Below are positions 1 to 8,661 of a stretch of DNA of 26,806 nucleotides, in pieces (within the stretch, counting starts at the first letter, position 1; every line of letters begins with the position of its first letter). The translations under genes were made by a program, and so were the position numbers. The stretch is from positions 30,001 to 56,806 of the forward strand of contig DATLXX010000001.1 in NCBI GenBank assembly GCA_035575435.1. Direction: 5' to 3'. The notes beneath the pieces are model-generated. The model worked only from the letters and a program-made list of their open reading frames with translations. It was not told where the DNA came from and did not search any database. The stretch comes from Candidatus Nitrosotenuis sp. GTDB taxonomy: Archaea > Thermoproteota > Nitrososphaeria > Nitrososphaerales > Nitrosopumilaceae.

Positions 1-968
1 GAGCAGTTGACGTGGAACTTGGCACAGATTTCTTGGAGCCTTTTCAATTTTTGTTTGTCTGTGATGATCAGCATTCTTTCTTGTGATTCGGAAGTCATAA
101 TCTCGGTCGGATTCATGTTTGGTTCCCTTGTATGGACCTTGGTCACATCAAGCTCTATTCCAACTCCAAGTGCGTCCGCCGTTTCTGAAATGGCACATGA
201 GAGTCCTCCTCCACCTAGGTCTTTTACTGCCTTGATGCACCCCTCGTTTCTTGCCTCAAGGGTGGCCTCGATTATCAGTTTTTCAATGAACGGATCTGGG
301 ATTTGCACCGCTGAGCGATCCTCTGACTCTAATGAATCTGATGCAAACTGTGAGCCGCCAATTCCGTCGCGCCCGGTGGAGCCGCCAATGAGCACCACTA
401 CGTCGCCTTCCTGTGCGTTGTTTTTGATCAGCTTTTCTTTTTTTCCAAATCCGATTGAAGCCACATCGACTAGCGCGTAATTTGTGTAACATTTGTCGAA
501 TTCGACTTCGCCGCCCACAGTAGGAATGCCAAGGCAGTTGCCATAGTCTGCAATTCCAGTTACTGCATTTTTGAAAAGCCATCTTGCGTGTTGGTCTTTT
601 TCAATATCTCCGAATCTAAGTCCGTCCAGTATTGCAATTGGTCGCGTGCCTGCAGACAAGATATCTCTTATGACCCCACCTACGCCGGTGGCCGCTCCGC
701 CGTACGGCTCTACTGCAGAGGGGTGGTTGTGGCTTTCAATGTGTACGGTGACAACATAGCCATCGCCCACATCCAGCACCCCGGAATCGAACCCCTTCTC
801 ATGGATCACGCGCGGTCCAGATGTGGGAAGCATTTTGAGGTGTTTTTTTGATGATTTGTACGAGCAGTGTTCTGACCACTCGGCCGCCACAATGTGGAGT
901 TCGGTTTCATTTGGATGTCGCCCTATTTTTTTTGTAAGATATTGCAGCTCTTGTGGTTGCAGACTCAT
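1..968 (-). CDS. purL: FGAM synthase II large subunit PurL, N-terminal ~322 aa; gene runs off the left edge
   Basis: Absent from the ORF track because there is no stop in the window. My reverse-complement translation from the ATG at 968 reads MSLQPQELQYLTKKIGRHPNETELHIVAAEWSEHCSYKSSKKHL...HIESHNHPSAVEPYGGAATGVGGVIRDI...VVLIGGSTGRDGIGG, a typical PurL N-terminus. ATGA start/stop overlap with purQ at 965-968. Confidence 0.9.
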   Translation of the reverse strand, partial: MSLQPQELQYLTKKIGRHPNETELHIVAAEWSEHCSYKSSKKHLKMLPTSGPRVIHEKGFDSGVLDVGDGYVVTVHIESHNHPSAVEPYGGAATGVGGVIRDILSAGTRPIAILDGLRFGDIEKDQHARWLFKNAVTGIADYGNCLGIPTVGGEVEFDKCYTNYALVDVASIGFGKKEKLIKNNAQEGDVVVLIGGSTGRDGIGGSQFASDSLESEDRSAVQIPDPFIEKLIIEATLEARNEGCIKAVKDLGGGGLSCAISETADALGVGIELDVTKVHTREPNMNPTEIMTSESQERMLIITDKQKLKRLQEICAKFHVNC

Positions 969-1645
969 CTTCTTGTCCCAACTGTTGCAATGAGCGATTC
1001 AAAAATAAGCGATGATGGTTTGGAGTCGTGCGGGTTTATCTCTGGTTCCACTGCGCGTTCTGGGTGTGGCATCATTCCGACCACATTTCCTTCTTTGTTG
1101 CAGATTCCGGCAATGTCAAACACAGAGTCGTTGATGTTTTCACCATAGCGGAACACTATCTGGTTGTTCCTCTTTAGCTTCTCAAGAGTGGGCTTGTCCA
1201 CGTAGTATCTTCCTTCACCATTTGCGATTGGAATTGGAATTCTTTGTTTCAGCTTGAATTTGTTTGTGAACGGGGTCTTGTTGTTTTCAACTATGAGTTC
1301 GGTCCAGCGGCACATGAACGTCAGTGAGGTGTTTTTGAGCAACACCCCTGGCAGGAGCTGTGCCTCGACTAGAATTTGGAATCCGTTGCAGACTCCAAGA
1401 ACTGGCATCCCCTTGTCTACCATTTTCTTCACATCTGCTATGACTGGACTGTGTGCAGCGATCACTCCCGCTCTGAGGCGGTCTCCGTAAGAGAATCCTC
1501 CTGGCAGAACCACTGCGTCAAGGTCCTTTGGCAGCTTCTCTTCGTGCCAGAAATATTTAACATCAAGCTTAAAGACGTCCTGTAAGACATGGTACATGTC
1601 TCGATCGCAGTTGCTGCCCGGAAATACGATGACGCCTACCTTCAC
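965..1645 (-). CDS. purQ: FGAM synthase I, glutamine amidotransferase subunit PurQ
   Basis: 226 aa. MKVGVIVFPGSNCDRD..., LPGGFSYGD, GVCNGFQIL (nucleophile Cys) and MMPHPER are class-I GATase PurQ signatures. The start codon is GTG (reverse complement of cac at 1643-1645), and the conserved N-terminus leaves no in-frame ATG alternative. Confidence 0.93.
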   Translation of the reverse strand: MKVGVIVFPGSNCDRDMYHVLQDVFKLDVKYFWHEEKLPKDLDAVVLPGGFSYGDRLRAGVIAAHSPVIADVKKMVDKGMPVLGVCNGFQILVEAQLLPGVLLKNTSLTFMCRWTELIVENNKTPFTNKFKLKQRIPIPIANGEGRYYVDKPTLEKLKRNNQIVFRYGENINDSVFDIAGICNKEGNVVGMMPHPERAVEPEINPHDSKPSSLIFESLIATVGTRR

Positions 1646-1715
1646 ATGTAAAATTGAATAATGAGATTATTAAATCAAATCGGAAAATCCGCATCACAGA
1701 TCTCGGCAACAAATC

Positions 1716-1723
1716 TTTTTTAT
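1716..1723 (+). promoter_or_regulatory. TATA-like box (TTTTTTAT) for the CBS gene
   Basis: AT-rich octamer centred about 26 nt upstream of ATG 1746. The geometry implies a leaderless or near-leaderless mRNA. Confidence 0.3.
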
Positions 1724-1745
1724 CTGTAAAAAAGCCACTCAAACT

Positions 1746-2165
1746 ATGGGACATGTAAGAGACATCATGAACAAGCACGTAATCACCATATCAAAAGACA
1801 AAAGCTGCCTCGAGGCAGCAACGCTGCTCAAAGATAAGGACATCAGCTTCCTCGTAGTCATGGAAGGAGAAAACCCCGTTGGAATAGTCACCGAGGCCGA
1901 CTTTGTGAGAAAGCTCGTTGCTGCCGACAAGCTCGCATCTGAGCTCAAAGTAAAGGACATAATGTCTCCGAAATTCAGGTGGGTGGAGCCCATAACTACA
2001 ATCGAGGACGCAGTTCAAAAGATGCTAAACAACAACATACGAAGGCTCATAGTGCTCGAAAACCAAAAGCTCGTCGGCGTAATTACTCAGACCGACCTTG
2101 CGGCATACCTACGAAGCAAGCTGTTAATAGACGAGACAGTCAAGTCCATTGGGGGCAAAGACTAG
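1746..2165 (+). CDS. Stand-alone CBS-pair domain protein
   Basis: 139 aa with two CBS motifs (IMNKHVITISKD...VGIVTEADFVRKL and IMSPKFRWVEP...VGVITQTDLAAYL) and no other domain. Confidence 0.85.
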   Translation: MGHVRDIMNKHVITISKDKSCLEAATLLKDKDISFLVVMEGENPVGIVTEADFVRKLVAADKLASELKVKDIMSPKFRWVEPITTIEDAVQKMLNNNIRRLIVLENQKLVGVITQTDLAAYLRSKLLIDETVKSIGGKD

Positions 2166-2416
2166 ACCACAGAAAACGTCACCTTGCTTACCATCGGGTT
2201 GTAGATACGCAAGTCATCGCAGAGTTTTTTGACTGTGTCTTGTGCTTTTTGTTTTGTCGCAGCGTCGATTTGGAATTTAAGCATCTTTGCGGAACGGATT
2301 TTTTTGACTGAGGAATAGCTTCCTTTCAGAACCAAGTCGTTTAGAATGGTCTGGCCCTCGGGGTCGCTCATGCTTGGCTTGTTTTCAATTATGACCTGCA
2401 CCTCAAAAAGTGGCAT
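2162..2416 (-). CDS. purS: FGAM synthase subunit PurS
   Basis: 84 aa. MPLFEVQVIIENKPSMSDPEGQTILNDL... is the characteristic PurS N-terminus (DPEG motif). The size fits the family. Confidence 0.85.
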   Translation of the reverse strand: MPLFEVQVIIENKPSMSDPEGQTILNDLVLKGSYSSVKKIRSAKMLKFQIDAATKQKAQDTVKKLCDDLRIYNPMVSKVTFSVV

Positions 2417-2469
2417 GATTGCACAATATTTTTCTCTAATATAATCTTGAATTCACAAAATGCCACAAA

Positions 2470-2982
2470 ATGATTCGAATTGAATTTATAGTACAACAAC
2501 AGTCAGAAGCTGAATTGAGTAGACACAGGTACTGGAAGCTCACATCCGACGAAATTTCAAAGGCGTCATACGATCCAAACAAAGTTCTCAACTGGGAGAT
2601 AAAAGGAGTCAAGGAGCCGGAGGATCAGGCAATATTTATCGGCGTGTTCTTGTACAGACATGGAACCCCGATGGACTATACGCCAGTAAAGGGAATTACA
2701 TTTTACCACAACAACGTAGAAAAGTCCGAGGTCGAGGAGGTAAGTAAATTCCTCAAAAACAAATTCGGCGGCGAGCAAAAAGAAAAGGGAAGCAGGGTAT
2801 TTTTGGAGGGCTCAAAGGAGATCTACACCGGTGAGGAAATCGGTAGGCTTGCAAAGGAGCTAGAGTCCAAGTTCAAGCTAAAAGCAACCATATCGATTGA
2901 GTTTCAAGACATCACAGAAGAAGAGCGAAAAAAATCAGGGCTTGCAGATGCCAAGCTCCTTCCCATCCCAGGCAAGCACTAG
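2470..2982 (+). CDS. Hypothetical protein, 170 aa, soluble, Lys/Glu-rich C-terminal half
   Basis: Clean ATG ORF that fills the gap between purS and tatC. I recognise no motif. Confidence 0.6.
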   Translation: MIRIEFIVQQQSEAELSRHRYWKLTSDEISKASYDPNKVLNWEIKGVKEPEDQAIFIGVFLYRHGTPMDYTPVKGITFYHNNVEKSEVEEVSKFLKNKFGGEQKEKGSRVFLEGSKEIYTGEEIGRLAKELESKFKLKATISIEFQDITEEERKKSGLADAKLLPIPGKH

Positions 2983-2998
2983 GACGGATTTTCGTAAC

Positions 2999-3006
2999 CT
3001 AAATAG
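2999..3006 (+). promoter_or_regulatory. TATA-like box (CTAAATAG) for tatC
   Basis: Centred about 30 nt upstream of ATG 3033. Confidence 0.3.
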
Positions 3007-3032
3007 AGATTCGCGCCGTAGATATATCAGAA

Positions 3033-3830
3033 ATGTCCGAGATTCAGGGAATTTATGCACATTTGGCGGAGCTGCGCCGCAGGCTGGTAAGAGTCGTGAT
3101 TTGTGTGGGCATCATAATCACCTTTGTGTTGACTTTTCGTGCCGAGCCACTGGTTGCCAACGGAATTACCCTGTACTATCCAATGCCAGATCCGCTGCAC
3201 AATTTTGCCGCCCAGATAACAGACTACATGAAAGAGACGCTTGTGCCATCCCAAGTACAGCTCATCCAGACTGCACCCGGTCAAGCGTTTTATGCCCAAG
3301 TCTACGTTGCAGCTCTAATTGGAGTCGTAGTGTCAATGCCTATAATAGTGCGTGAGCTTACGGCATTCATCAAACCAGCACTAAAAGACACCGAGGTGCA
3401 CGCAGTTCGCTCAATTGCTCTGCCGGCTTTGGCCCTGTTTGTCACAGGGGCCGTGTTTTCTTATGTTGTTGCCATACCATTCATACTTGACTTTTTGTAC
3501 CAGTACGGTGAATCTGCAGGTCTTGTGACGTTTCTAAATGTGGTAGACTTTGTCACCTTTGTGTTGCAGTTTCTGCTTGCGTTCGGCGTGGCATTCCAGC
3601 TCCCGCTAATCATGTATGCCGCAACTGTCTCCGGCCTAACAGATGTCAAGTTTTGGCGCAACAATATAAGATACGCCATAGTCGCATTGGTCATAGTTGG
3701 CGCTGCGGTAACCCCAGACGGAAGCGGCGTCACCATGTGGTTCATCTCAGGCCCGATGATTGCACTGTACCTGGCAGGCATGATAGTGCTTGAGCGGCGC
3801 GAGCGTAAAGTTAGAACACTTAAATCCTAA
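3033..3830 (+). CDS. tatC: Twin-arginine translocase subunit TatC
   Basis: 265 aa. N-terminal HLAELRRRL motif, about six hydrophobic helices, PGQAF and TPDG motifs typical of TatC. Confidence 0.9.
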   Translation: MSEIQGIYAHLAELRRRLVRVVICVGIIITFVLTFRAEPLVANGITLYYPMPDPLHNFAAQITDYMKETLVPSQVQLIQTAPGQAFYAQVYVAALIGVVVSMPIIVRELTAFIKPALKDTEVHAVRSIALPALALFVTGAVFSYVVAIPFILDFLYQYGESAGLVTFLNVVDFVTFVLQFLLAFGVAFQLPLIMYAATVSGLTDVKFWRNNIRYAIVALVIVGAAVTPDGSGVTMWFISGPMIALYLAGMIVLERRERKVRTLKS

Positions 3831-3851
3831 GTTTGACCATACAAAGTCACA

Positions 3852-4046
3852 ATGCTTGGAAACGTTGCTGGCTTCATTGCGGGGCAGGAATGGATCTTCA
3901 TTATAGTCATAGCAGGCATACTGATTTTTGGTGCAAAAAAGATCCCAGAGCTTGCAAGAACGCTGGGCAAATCCAGAATGGAGTACGAAAAAGGCAAGCT
4001 TGAGGCAGAGCGTGAGTTCAAGGACCTCAAAGAGAAAAAAGACTAG
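3852..4046 (+). CDS. tatA: Twin-arginine translocase subunit TatA/E
   Basis: 64 aa. One N-terminal TM helix followed by FGAKKIPELARTLGKS and an amphipathic charged tail. Lies directly downstream of tatC. Confidence 0.85.
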   Translation: MLGNVAGFIAGQEWIFIIVIAGILIFGAKKIPELARTLGKSRMEYEKGKLEAEREFKDLKEKKD

Positions 4047-4474
4047 GACTTTTCAGCAATTTTTGCAAACTCGTCAATTATTTTGCCAAAATCCGAAGAT
4101 ATCTTTTTCTTTGCAAAAATAGCCGCGATTGCCTTTGCGCCGCTTAGCTTGATATGTGCGTCCACTATGAGCATTGTTCCTTGGTCGGTTTTTTCATATT
4201 TTTCTACGATGTGGCTTCCTTTGGCATCTCCTCCCAGAACAAAAATTTCGTGGAGTTCTGGGTATTTCGTTACATGCTTTGTAGTCATCACCAATTCGCG
4301 ATTGCCAAGCTTGATGTGTTCTTCCACCACTGCCACGTTGTCCCTCACTGAGCGGACGCGTATTGATGGAAAATACTGTGGTAGGATGTTCTGAAAGTTC
4401 TCATAATTTGCAACTAGGTCAAAGACGGCCTGTCGCTCTGCTCTGATCAGTTTTTCTAAGTGGATTTTTGGCAA
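4043..4474 (-). CDS. SRPBCC / START-like (polyketide cyclase-dehydrase, COQ10-like) ligand-binding protein
   Basis: 143 aa. N-terminus IRAERQAVFDLVANYENFQNILPQYF matches the SRPBCC pattern. The start is TTG (4472-4474), 4 nt after the ubiX stop, with no in-frame ATG near the N-terminus. Confidence 0.7.
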   Translation of the reverse strand: MPKIHLEKLIRAERQAVFDLVANYENFQNILPQYFPSIRVRSVRDNVAVVEEHIKLGNRELVMTTKHVTKYPELHEIFVLGGDAKGSHIVEKYEKTDQGTMLIVDAHIKLSGAKAIAAIFAKKKISSDFGKIIDEFAKIAEKS

Positions 4475-4478
4475 TTGT

Positions 4479-5033
4479 TCAAGTTCCCCACCGTTTGTAT
4501 AGATTGTGCTCGATGTTGAACTGGTCTAGGCACTTTCCCACCGTGTGGTCGACAATTTGCTCAATTGATTTTGGCTTTGTGTAGAATCCCGGAACCGGAG
4601 GCAGTATTACAACCCCAAGTCTTGCAAGCTTGAGCATGTTTTCCAGATTTATTGCAGTCAGTGGGGTCTCACGTGGTACAAGAACCAGTTTTCTTGATTC
4701 CTTGAGTGTGACTCCTGCAGATCTTGCCACCAAGGTTTCGTCGTAGCCGTTTGCGATGCTAGAGAGTGTCTTCATGGAGCACGGAATTACAATCATGCCG
4801 TCCGTCCTGTATGTGCCACTAGATATCGAGGCTGCCAGATTGGAGTCGTCTGAGTAAGTAGTTGCCAGTTTTTTTACATCGTCTATTGCATAATCGGTCT
4901 CCATCGCAAGGCATTTTTTTGCCCACTCTGTGATGACAAGGTGGGTTTCCACCTTGCACTCTTTTAGAACCTCCAGGGTTCTTACGCCGTAAATTACACC
5001 CGTACTACCAGTAATTCCGATTACCAGCCGCAT
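4479..5033 (-). CDS. ubiX: Flavin prenyltransferase UbiX
   Basis: 184 aa. MRLVIGITGSTGVIYG..., IPCSMKTLSSIANG and LVLVPRETPL are classic UbiX/Pad1 motifs. Confidence 0.92.
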   Translation of the reverse strand: MRLVIGITGSTGVIYGVRTLEVLKECKVETHLVITEWAKKCLAMETDYAIDDVKKLATTYSDDSNLAASISSGTYRTDGMIVIPCSMKTLSSIANGYDETLVARSAGVTLKESRKLVLVPRETPLTAINLENMLKLARLGVVILPPVPGFYTKPKSIEQIVDHTVGKCLDQFNIEHNLYKRWGT

Positions 5034-5100
5034 GAATGTAATGAATAGGATGATTATTTCAGTGTAAGCAGATATTTCGGCCTAGTGGAAACGAGTTTGA

Positions 5101-5107
5101 TTATATA
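5101..5107 (+). promoter_or_regulatory. TATA-like box (TTATATA) for purP
   Basis: Centred about 30 nt upstream of ATG 5134, in the 100-bp ubiX/purP divergent spacer. Confidence 0.35.
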
Positions 5108-5133
5108 GCCTTGAATTACAGTCAAACCATACG

Positions 5134-6225
5134 ATGATCAGGCGTGCCGAGATTGAAAAGATAATTCAAAACTATTCTGATTTTAGAATTGGTGTCCTTG
5201 GAAGCCACTCCGCATTGGAGATAATGGACGGAGCAAAAGACGAGGGGCTCCAAACAGTCGTAATTTGCCAGAAAGGAAGAGACGAGCCGTACAGGCGTTT
5301 CAAAAGAATTGCAGATGAAATCATTGTGGTGAACAGCTTCAAAGACATGGCTTCTCCAAAAATGCAAAAAATGTTCATCGAAACCAACACTATCATAGTG
5401 CCGCACCGGGCGCTTACTGCGTACCTTGGCTACGACACAATTGAGAATAGATTCAAGGTGCCGATATTTGGTAACAGGTCGCTGTTTCAGGCAGAAGAGC
5501 GAAGCTATTCAAAAAACCAGTACCACCTGCTTGAGAAATCACGTATCAGGCATCCAAGGCTTTTCAAAAACCCACGCAAAATAGATAGGCCTGTAATTGT
5601 CAAGGTACAAGAAAAGTCCCGCAAGCTTGAACGCGCTTTTTTTACTGCATCCTCCTACGACGACTATGTGAAAAAATCCGAGGACAAGCTCAAAAAAGGA
5701 GTCATTGATGAAAAAGACCTAAGAAAGGCAAGCATCGAGGAATTAGTTATTGGCACATACATGAATTTCAACTATTTTTACACTCCAGTCTCAGAGCAGG
5801 TTGATTTTATTGGAATCGAAAGAAGGCTTCAGACAAACCTACACGATTATAACGCGATTCCTGCAAAGCAGCAGTTGGACATTGGCATCGACATCCAGAA
5901 CATCGAGGTAGGCCACACCCCCGCAAGCATTCGAGAGTCATTGCTTGAAAAGGTAATTGAGATCGGAGACCGCTTTGTGGCAGGCGTCAAAAGGGTCTAC
6001 CCTCCTGGAATAATAGGCCCCTTCTCGCTTCAAAGCGTCATTACAAAGGATTTGGAGCTGGTAGTCTATGACGTCTCGCTTCGCGTTCCAGGAAACCCCA
6101 TAGTTGCAACTACCTCGCCATACACAAAATACCAGTACGGTGAGACCTTTGGCGTGGGCAGAAGAATTGCGATGGAGCTCAAGCGGGCCTACCAGGAAGG
6201 CAGGCTTGCCCAAGTCTTGACCTAG
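5134..6225 (+). CDS. purP: Archaeal FAICAR synthetase PurP (ATP-grasp)
   Basis: 363 aa. IGVLGSHSALEIMDGAKDEGL..., ...IVPHRA... and the C-terminal PGNP...SPYT region are typical of archaeal PurP. Confidence 0.9.
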   Translation: MIRRAEIEKIIQNYSDFRIGVLGSHSALEIMDGAKDEGLQTVVICQKGRDEPYRRFKRIADEIIVVNSFKDMASPKMQKMFIETNTIIVPHRALTAYLGYDTIENRFKVPIFGNRSLFQAEERSYSKNQYHLLEKSRIRHPRLFKNPRKIDRPVIVKVQEKSRKLERAFFTASSYDDYVKKSEDKLKKGVIDEKDLRKASIEELVIGTYMNFNYFYTPVSEQVDFIGIERRLQTNLHDYNAIPAKQQLDIGIDIQNIEVGHTPASIRESLLEKVIEIGDRFVAGVKRVYPPGIIGPFSLQSVITKDLELVVYDVSLRVPGNPIVATTSPYTKYQYGETFGVGRRIAMELKRAYQEGRLAQVLT

Positions 6226-6710
6226 GCCTCCACCCGTTCCTTTAGAAGCGTCTTTCTTACTAGGATCGGTATGTTGTAGAACGCCGCCAATGCAACCGCA
6301 TCAGACGCCCTGTAATTTCGAAGCACGATGTCTTTTTTGCCAGTAAAGTACAGATTTGCACGCAATACGCTGCCGCTCTCATAGACTTTGACTTTGACTA
6401 AGAACAGCTCGTTTTCTTCGCAAAGCTGCTCTATCATGTTGTAGATGGTAGGCAGCGTGTCTCGTTTTCCCTCAATAAAGCTCTTGATGTGGCGGGCGAC
6501 TTCGCCTGAGAAGGCCCTCATGTGGAACTCTTTTTTGTCGTCAGATTGCAAAACAATGATCCCTTCTAGTGCGTAGGGATCAATGAATCCGACGTAAATT
6601 ATTTTTGCAGTAGAATAGTCCGGCTCTTCTTTTTGGTTGATATTCAATCCTTGTATTGTGTAGCATTTGATTTGATATAAAGAGTGAGGATGATCGGTTG
6701 CACAGAACAT
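6222..6710 (-). CDS. Bifunctional-nuclease (BFN/DUF151)-domain protein
   Basis: 162 aa. The core ...LPTIYNMIEQL...VKVKVYESGSVLRANLYF...RASDAVALAAFYNIPILV follows the BFN consensus (RPSDAIALA...PI.V). Confidence 0.7.
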   Translation of the reverse strand: MFCATDHPHSLYQIKCYTIQGLNINQKEEPDYSTAKIIYVGFIDPYALEGIIVLQSDDKKEFHMRAFSGEVARHIKSFIEGKRDTLPTIYNMIEQLCEENELFLVKVKVYESGSVLRANLYFTGKKDIVLRNYRASDAVALAAFYNIPILVRKTLLKERVEA

Positions 6711-6737
6711 GGATAACTTATCAGTCCTACGCGGCTC

Positions 6738-6743
6738 TTAAAT
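6738..6743 (+). promoter_or_regulatory. TATA-like box (TTAAAT) for the zinc-ribbon micro-ORF
   Basis: Centred about 25 nt upstream of ATG 6766. Confidence 0.3.
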
Positions 6744-6765
6744 CCAAAATACACCAAGTTCCGTC

Positions 6766-6933
6766 ATGAAAATCGACATACCAATACCGTGTCCAGCTTG
6801 CGGCGGAAAGATGTATTCTGCCTCATACGATACGCCGCTGCGAGTCTTGAAAAGCAGAGCTTGGCACGTATGCAAGGAGTGCAAATACACAAGAAACGTA
6901 GAAGATTTTAAAAAATCACTTTGCTGTGCGTAA
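6766..6933 (+). CDS. Small zinc-ribbon protein, 55 aa (below ORF-track cutoff)
   Basis: My translation is MKIDIPIPCPACGGKMYSASYDTPLRVLKSRAWHVCKECKYTRNVEDFKKSLCCA. It has a CPAC...CKEC four-Cys knuckle pair, a TATA-like TTAAAT about 25 nt upstream, and a T5/T6 tract just downstream. Confidence 0.5.
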   Translation: MKIDIPIPCPACGGKMYSASYDTPLRVLKSRAWHVCKECKYTRNVEDFKKSLCCA

Positions 6934-6942
6934 CGGCAAGTA

Positions 6943-6954
6943 TTTTTCTTTTTT
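6943..6954 (+). terminator. Oligo-T tract (TTTTTCTTTTTT) after the zinc-ribbon ORF
   Basis: T5-C-T6 lies 10 nt after the TAA at 6931-6933. Archaeal termination commonly uses oligo-T. Confidence 0.35.
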
Positions 6955-6966
6955 AATTCTGTGGTG

Positions 6967-7350
6967 TCACTGTGCGCATGCCTTTAGCTTACTTAGGCTC
7001 TCTACAATCTCAGCAATCGATTCTGGCTCAAATGGCTTTGTAATTATGTGATTTGGGTTTAACTGTGCGATTTTGTTTTTGCTGGCGTTATCCACTACGG
7101 CAGTCACAATCACCACATAGGCGTTTGGGTCTAGCTTTCGTATGTTTTCTAGCGCATAAATTCCGTCGTAGTCAGGCATCAGAATGTCCAAAAAGACCAC
7201 GTCCGGTTTGTGTTGCATGTAAAGTTCGACTGCTTCGCGTCCATTATAGCCACGACCCACCACCTTTGCCTTTAGCAGTTCGAGATATTCGCAAAAAAGA
7301 TCCACGTTGTAGATGTCGTCATCTACTACCAGCGCTGTGACTGCTTTCAT
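6967..7350 (-). CDS. Stand-alone response-regulator receiver (CheY-like)
   Basis: 127 aa. VVDDD acidic pocket, FLDILMPDYDG phospho-acceptor region, VTA and KPF. No output domain. Confidence 0.9.
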   Translation of the reverse strand: MKAVTALVVDDDIYNVDLFCEYLELLKAKVVGRGYNGREAVELYMQHKPDVVFLDILMPDYDGIYALENIRKLDPNAYVVIVTAVVDNASKNKIAQLNPNHIITKPFEPESIAEIVESLSKLKACAQ

Positions 7351-7399
7351 CGTGCTGGCCTCACGTTGAAATTGTTCGTTGCATAGTCTTCCAACTTAA

Positions 7400-8566
7400 T
7401 CACCGTGGTAGCATGAGCGTGAATTTGGTCGGGCCGTTAGACACCGCGATATTGCCGCCATGATGCTGAATTATGTTTTTGCATGTCGCCAGCCCAAGCC
7501 CTGTGCCTTGCTGTTTTGTAGTGAAGAGTGGGTCGAATATCTTGTGAATGATGTTTTGCGGGATGCCCGGTCCGGTATCTTCAAAATCTATGATTATGTC
7601 TTTTGGTGTTTGGTAGAACCGGATTGTGATTTTTCCTTTGTTGTTCATTGCTTGAATAGAATTGAGCATGATGTTTGAGAAAACCACTGCCATCTTTTGT
7701 TTGTCACAGTTGATGACCATGTCGTTTTGCTGGATATCCAAGATTACGTCGCTTTTTTCTGGGATCTTGTTCATTGCAAGCTTTAGTATTTCATAGATGC
7801 TCGTGGGCTCTACTTTCAAGTCTGCTTCCTTTACAAAATCCAAGACGTTGTCTATTTGGTGAGTCATTCTAAATATTGCGGCGTTTGCGGCCTCAAGCTT
7901 ACTTTGAAAAGTCGGATCCGATTGATCCTTTGTGGCAGCTTTGAGGAGCTCTGTAATTACCTTGAGTGCAGACAGAGGATTCTTTAGGTCGTGGGCGAGT
8001 CTTGACGAAAGGTTGCCGATTGCTGCAAGTTTTTCTGATTCGATGAGAGCCTTTGACTTTATTCGGACCTCATCTTCTAGCTGGGCCTGTTTTTCTTTGA
8101 GCCGCGCCTCAAGGCTGATAAATTTTGATATATTTTGCTCTACTTTTTGGTTGAGTTCTTGAACAAGCGCCCTTTCTTCCTGTATCTGTCTTTGCGCCAT
8201 CAACATTTTTTGTTTTTCGTACTGAAACAAGAGTCCTGTGACTTCTTGGCCTATTTTGTCTGCTTCGAACTCGTTTCCCAAGATGTCGATTTCTTTTTGT
8301 GGTGAGAATTCCTCCTCGCCTTGCATAAATTTGAGCTTGTTTTTTAGCTGAATTCTTCTCAACTCTGCAACCTTGCTGTCATCAATGTCGCACTTGATTG
8401 CATGTTCGTGATGGGCTGGTTTTGGAGTGTTTTCTGCAAGTTGTGCAGGAGTTTCAGAAGAACTGTCTGCCGGCTGCCTTTGAAATTTGATCTTTCTTTG
8501 TGTGGCGCCCAGTGGGTCATCGGCGTCACTTAGCTGTTCGTTTTTGTGAATGTACTTGCGATCCAT
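7400..8566 (-). CDS. Soluble sensor histidine kinase (HisKA + HATPase_c) with a long disordered/coiled-coil N-terminus
   Basis: 388 aa. H-box SRLAHDLKNPLSAL, N-box FSNIMLNSIQAM, G1 DTGPGI, G2 GTGLGL. No hydrophobic segment and no recognisable PAS, GAF or other sensor domain in the first ~170 aa. Confidence 0.9.
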   Translation of the reverse strand: MDRKYIHKNEQLSDADDPLGATQRKIKFQRQPADSSSETPAQLAENTPKPAHHEHAIKCDIDDSKVAELRRIQLKNKLKFMQGEEEFSPQKEIDILGNEFEADKIGQEVTGLLFQYEKQKMLMAQRQIQEERALVQELNQKVEQNISKFISLEARLKEKQAQLEDEVRIKSKALIESEKLAAIGNLSSRLAHDLKNPLSALKVITELLKAATKDQSDPTFQSKLEAANAAIFRMTHQIDNVLDFVKEADLKVEPTSIYEILKLAMNKIPEKSDVILDIQQNDMVINCDKQKMAVVFSNIMLNSIQAMNNKGKITIRFYQTPKDIIIDFEDTGPGIPQNIIHKIFDPLFTTKQQGTGLGLATCKNIIQHHGGNIAVSNGPTKFTLMLPR

Positions 8567-8661
8567 AGTATATAACCAAAGTTTGGAGTTAAGTGCACAA
8601 GGGTGTTTGTTTTATTCAAACATCATTTATGTGTGCATAATTGAATATTGTGTCAGCTCAG

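Noticed and set aside
781-800. GGTTCGATTCCGG, a tRNA T-loop-like motif on the minus strand
   Set aside because: It encodes GFDSG within purL. No acceptor, D or anticodon stems can be drawn around it.
7-851. Plus-strand ORFs (7-480, 571-759, 588-851) and the minus-strand ORF at 283-582
   Set aside because: All lie inside or out of frame with the purL coding sequence, which translates cleanly with strong PurL motifs on the minus strand. Their products are low-complexity Ser/Pro/Arg-rich shadows.
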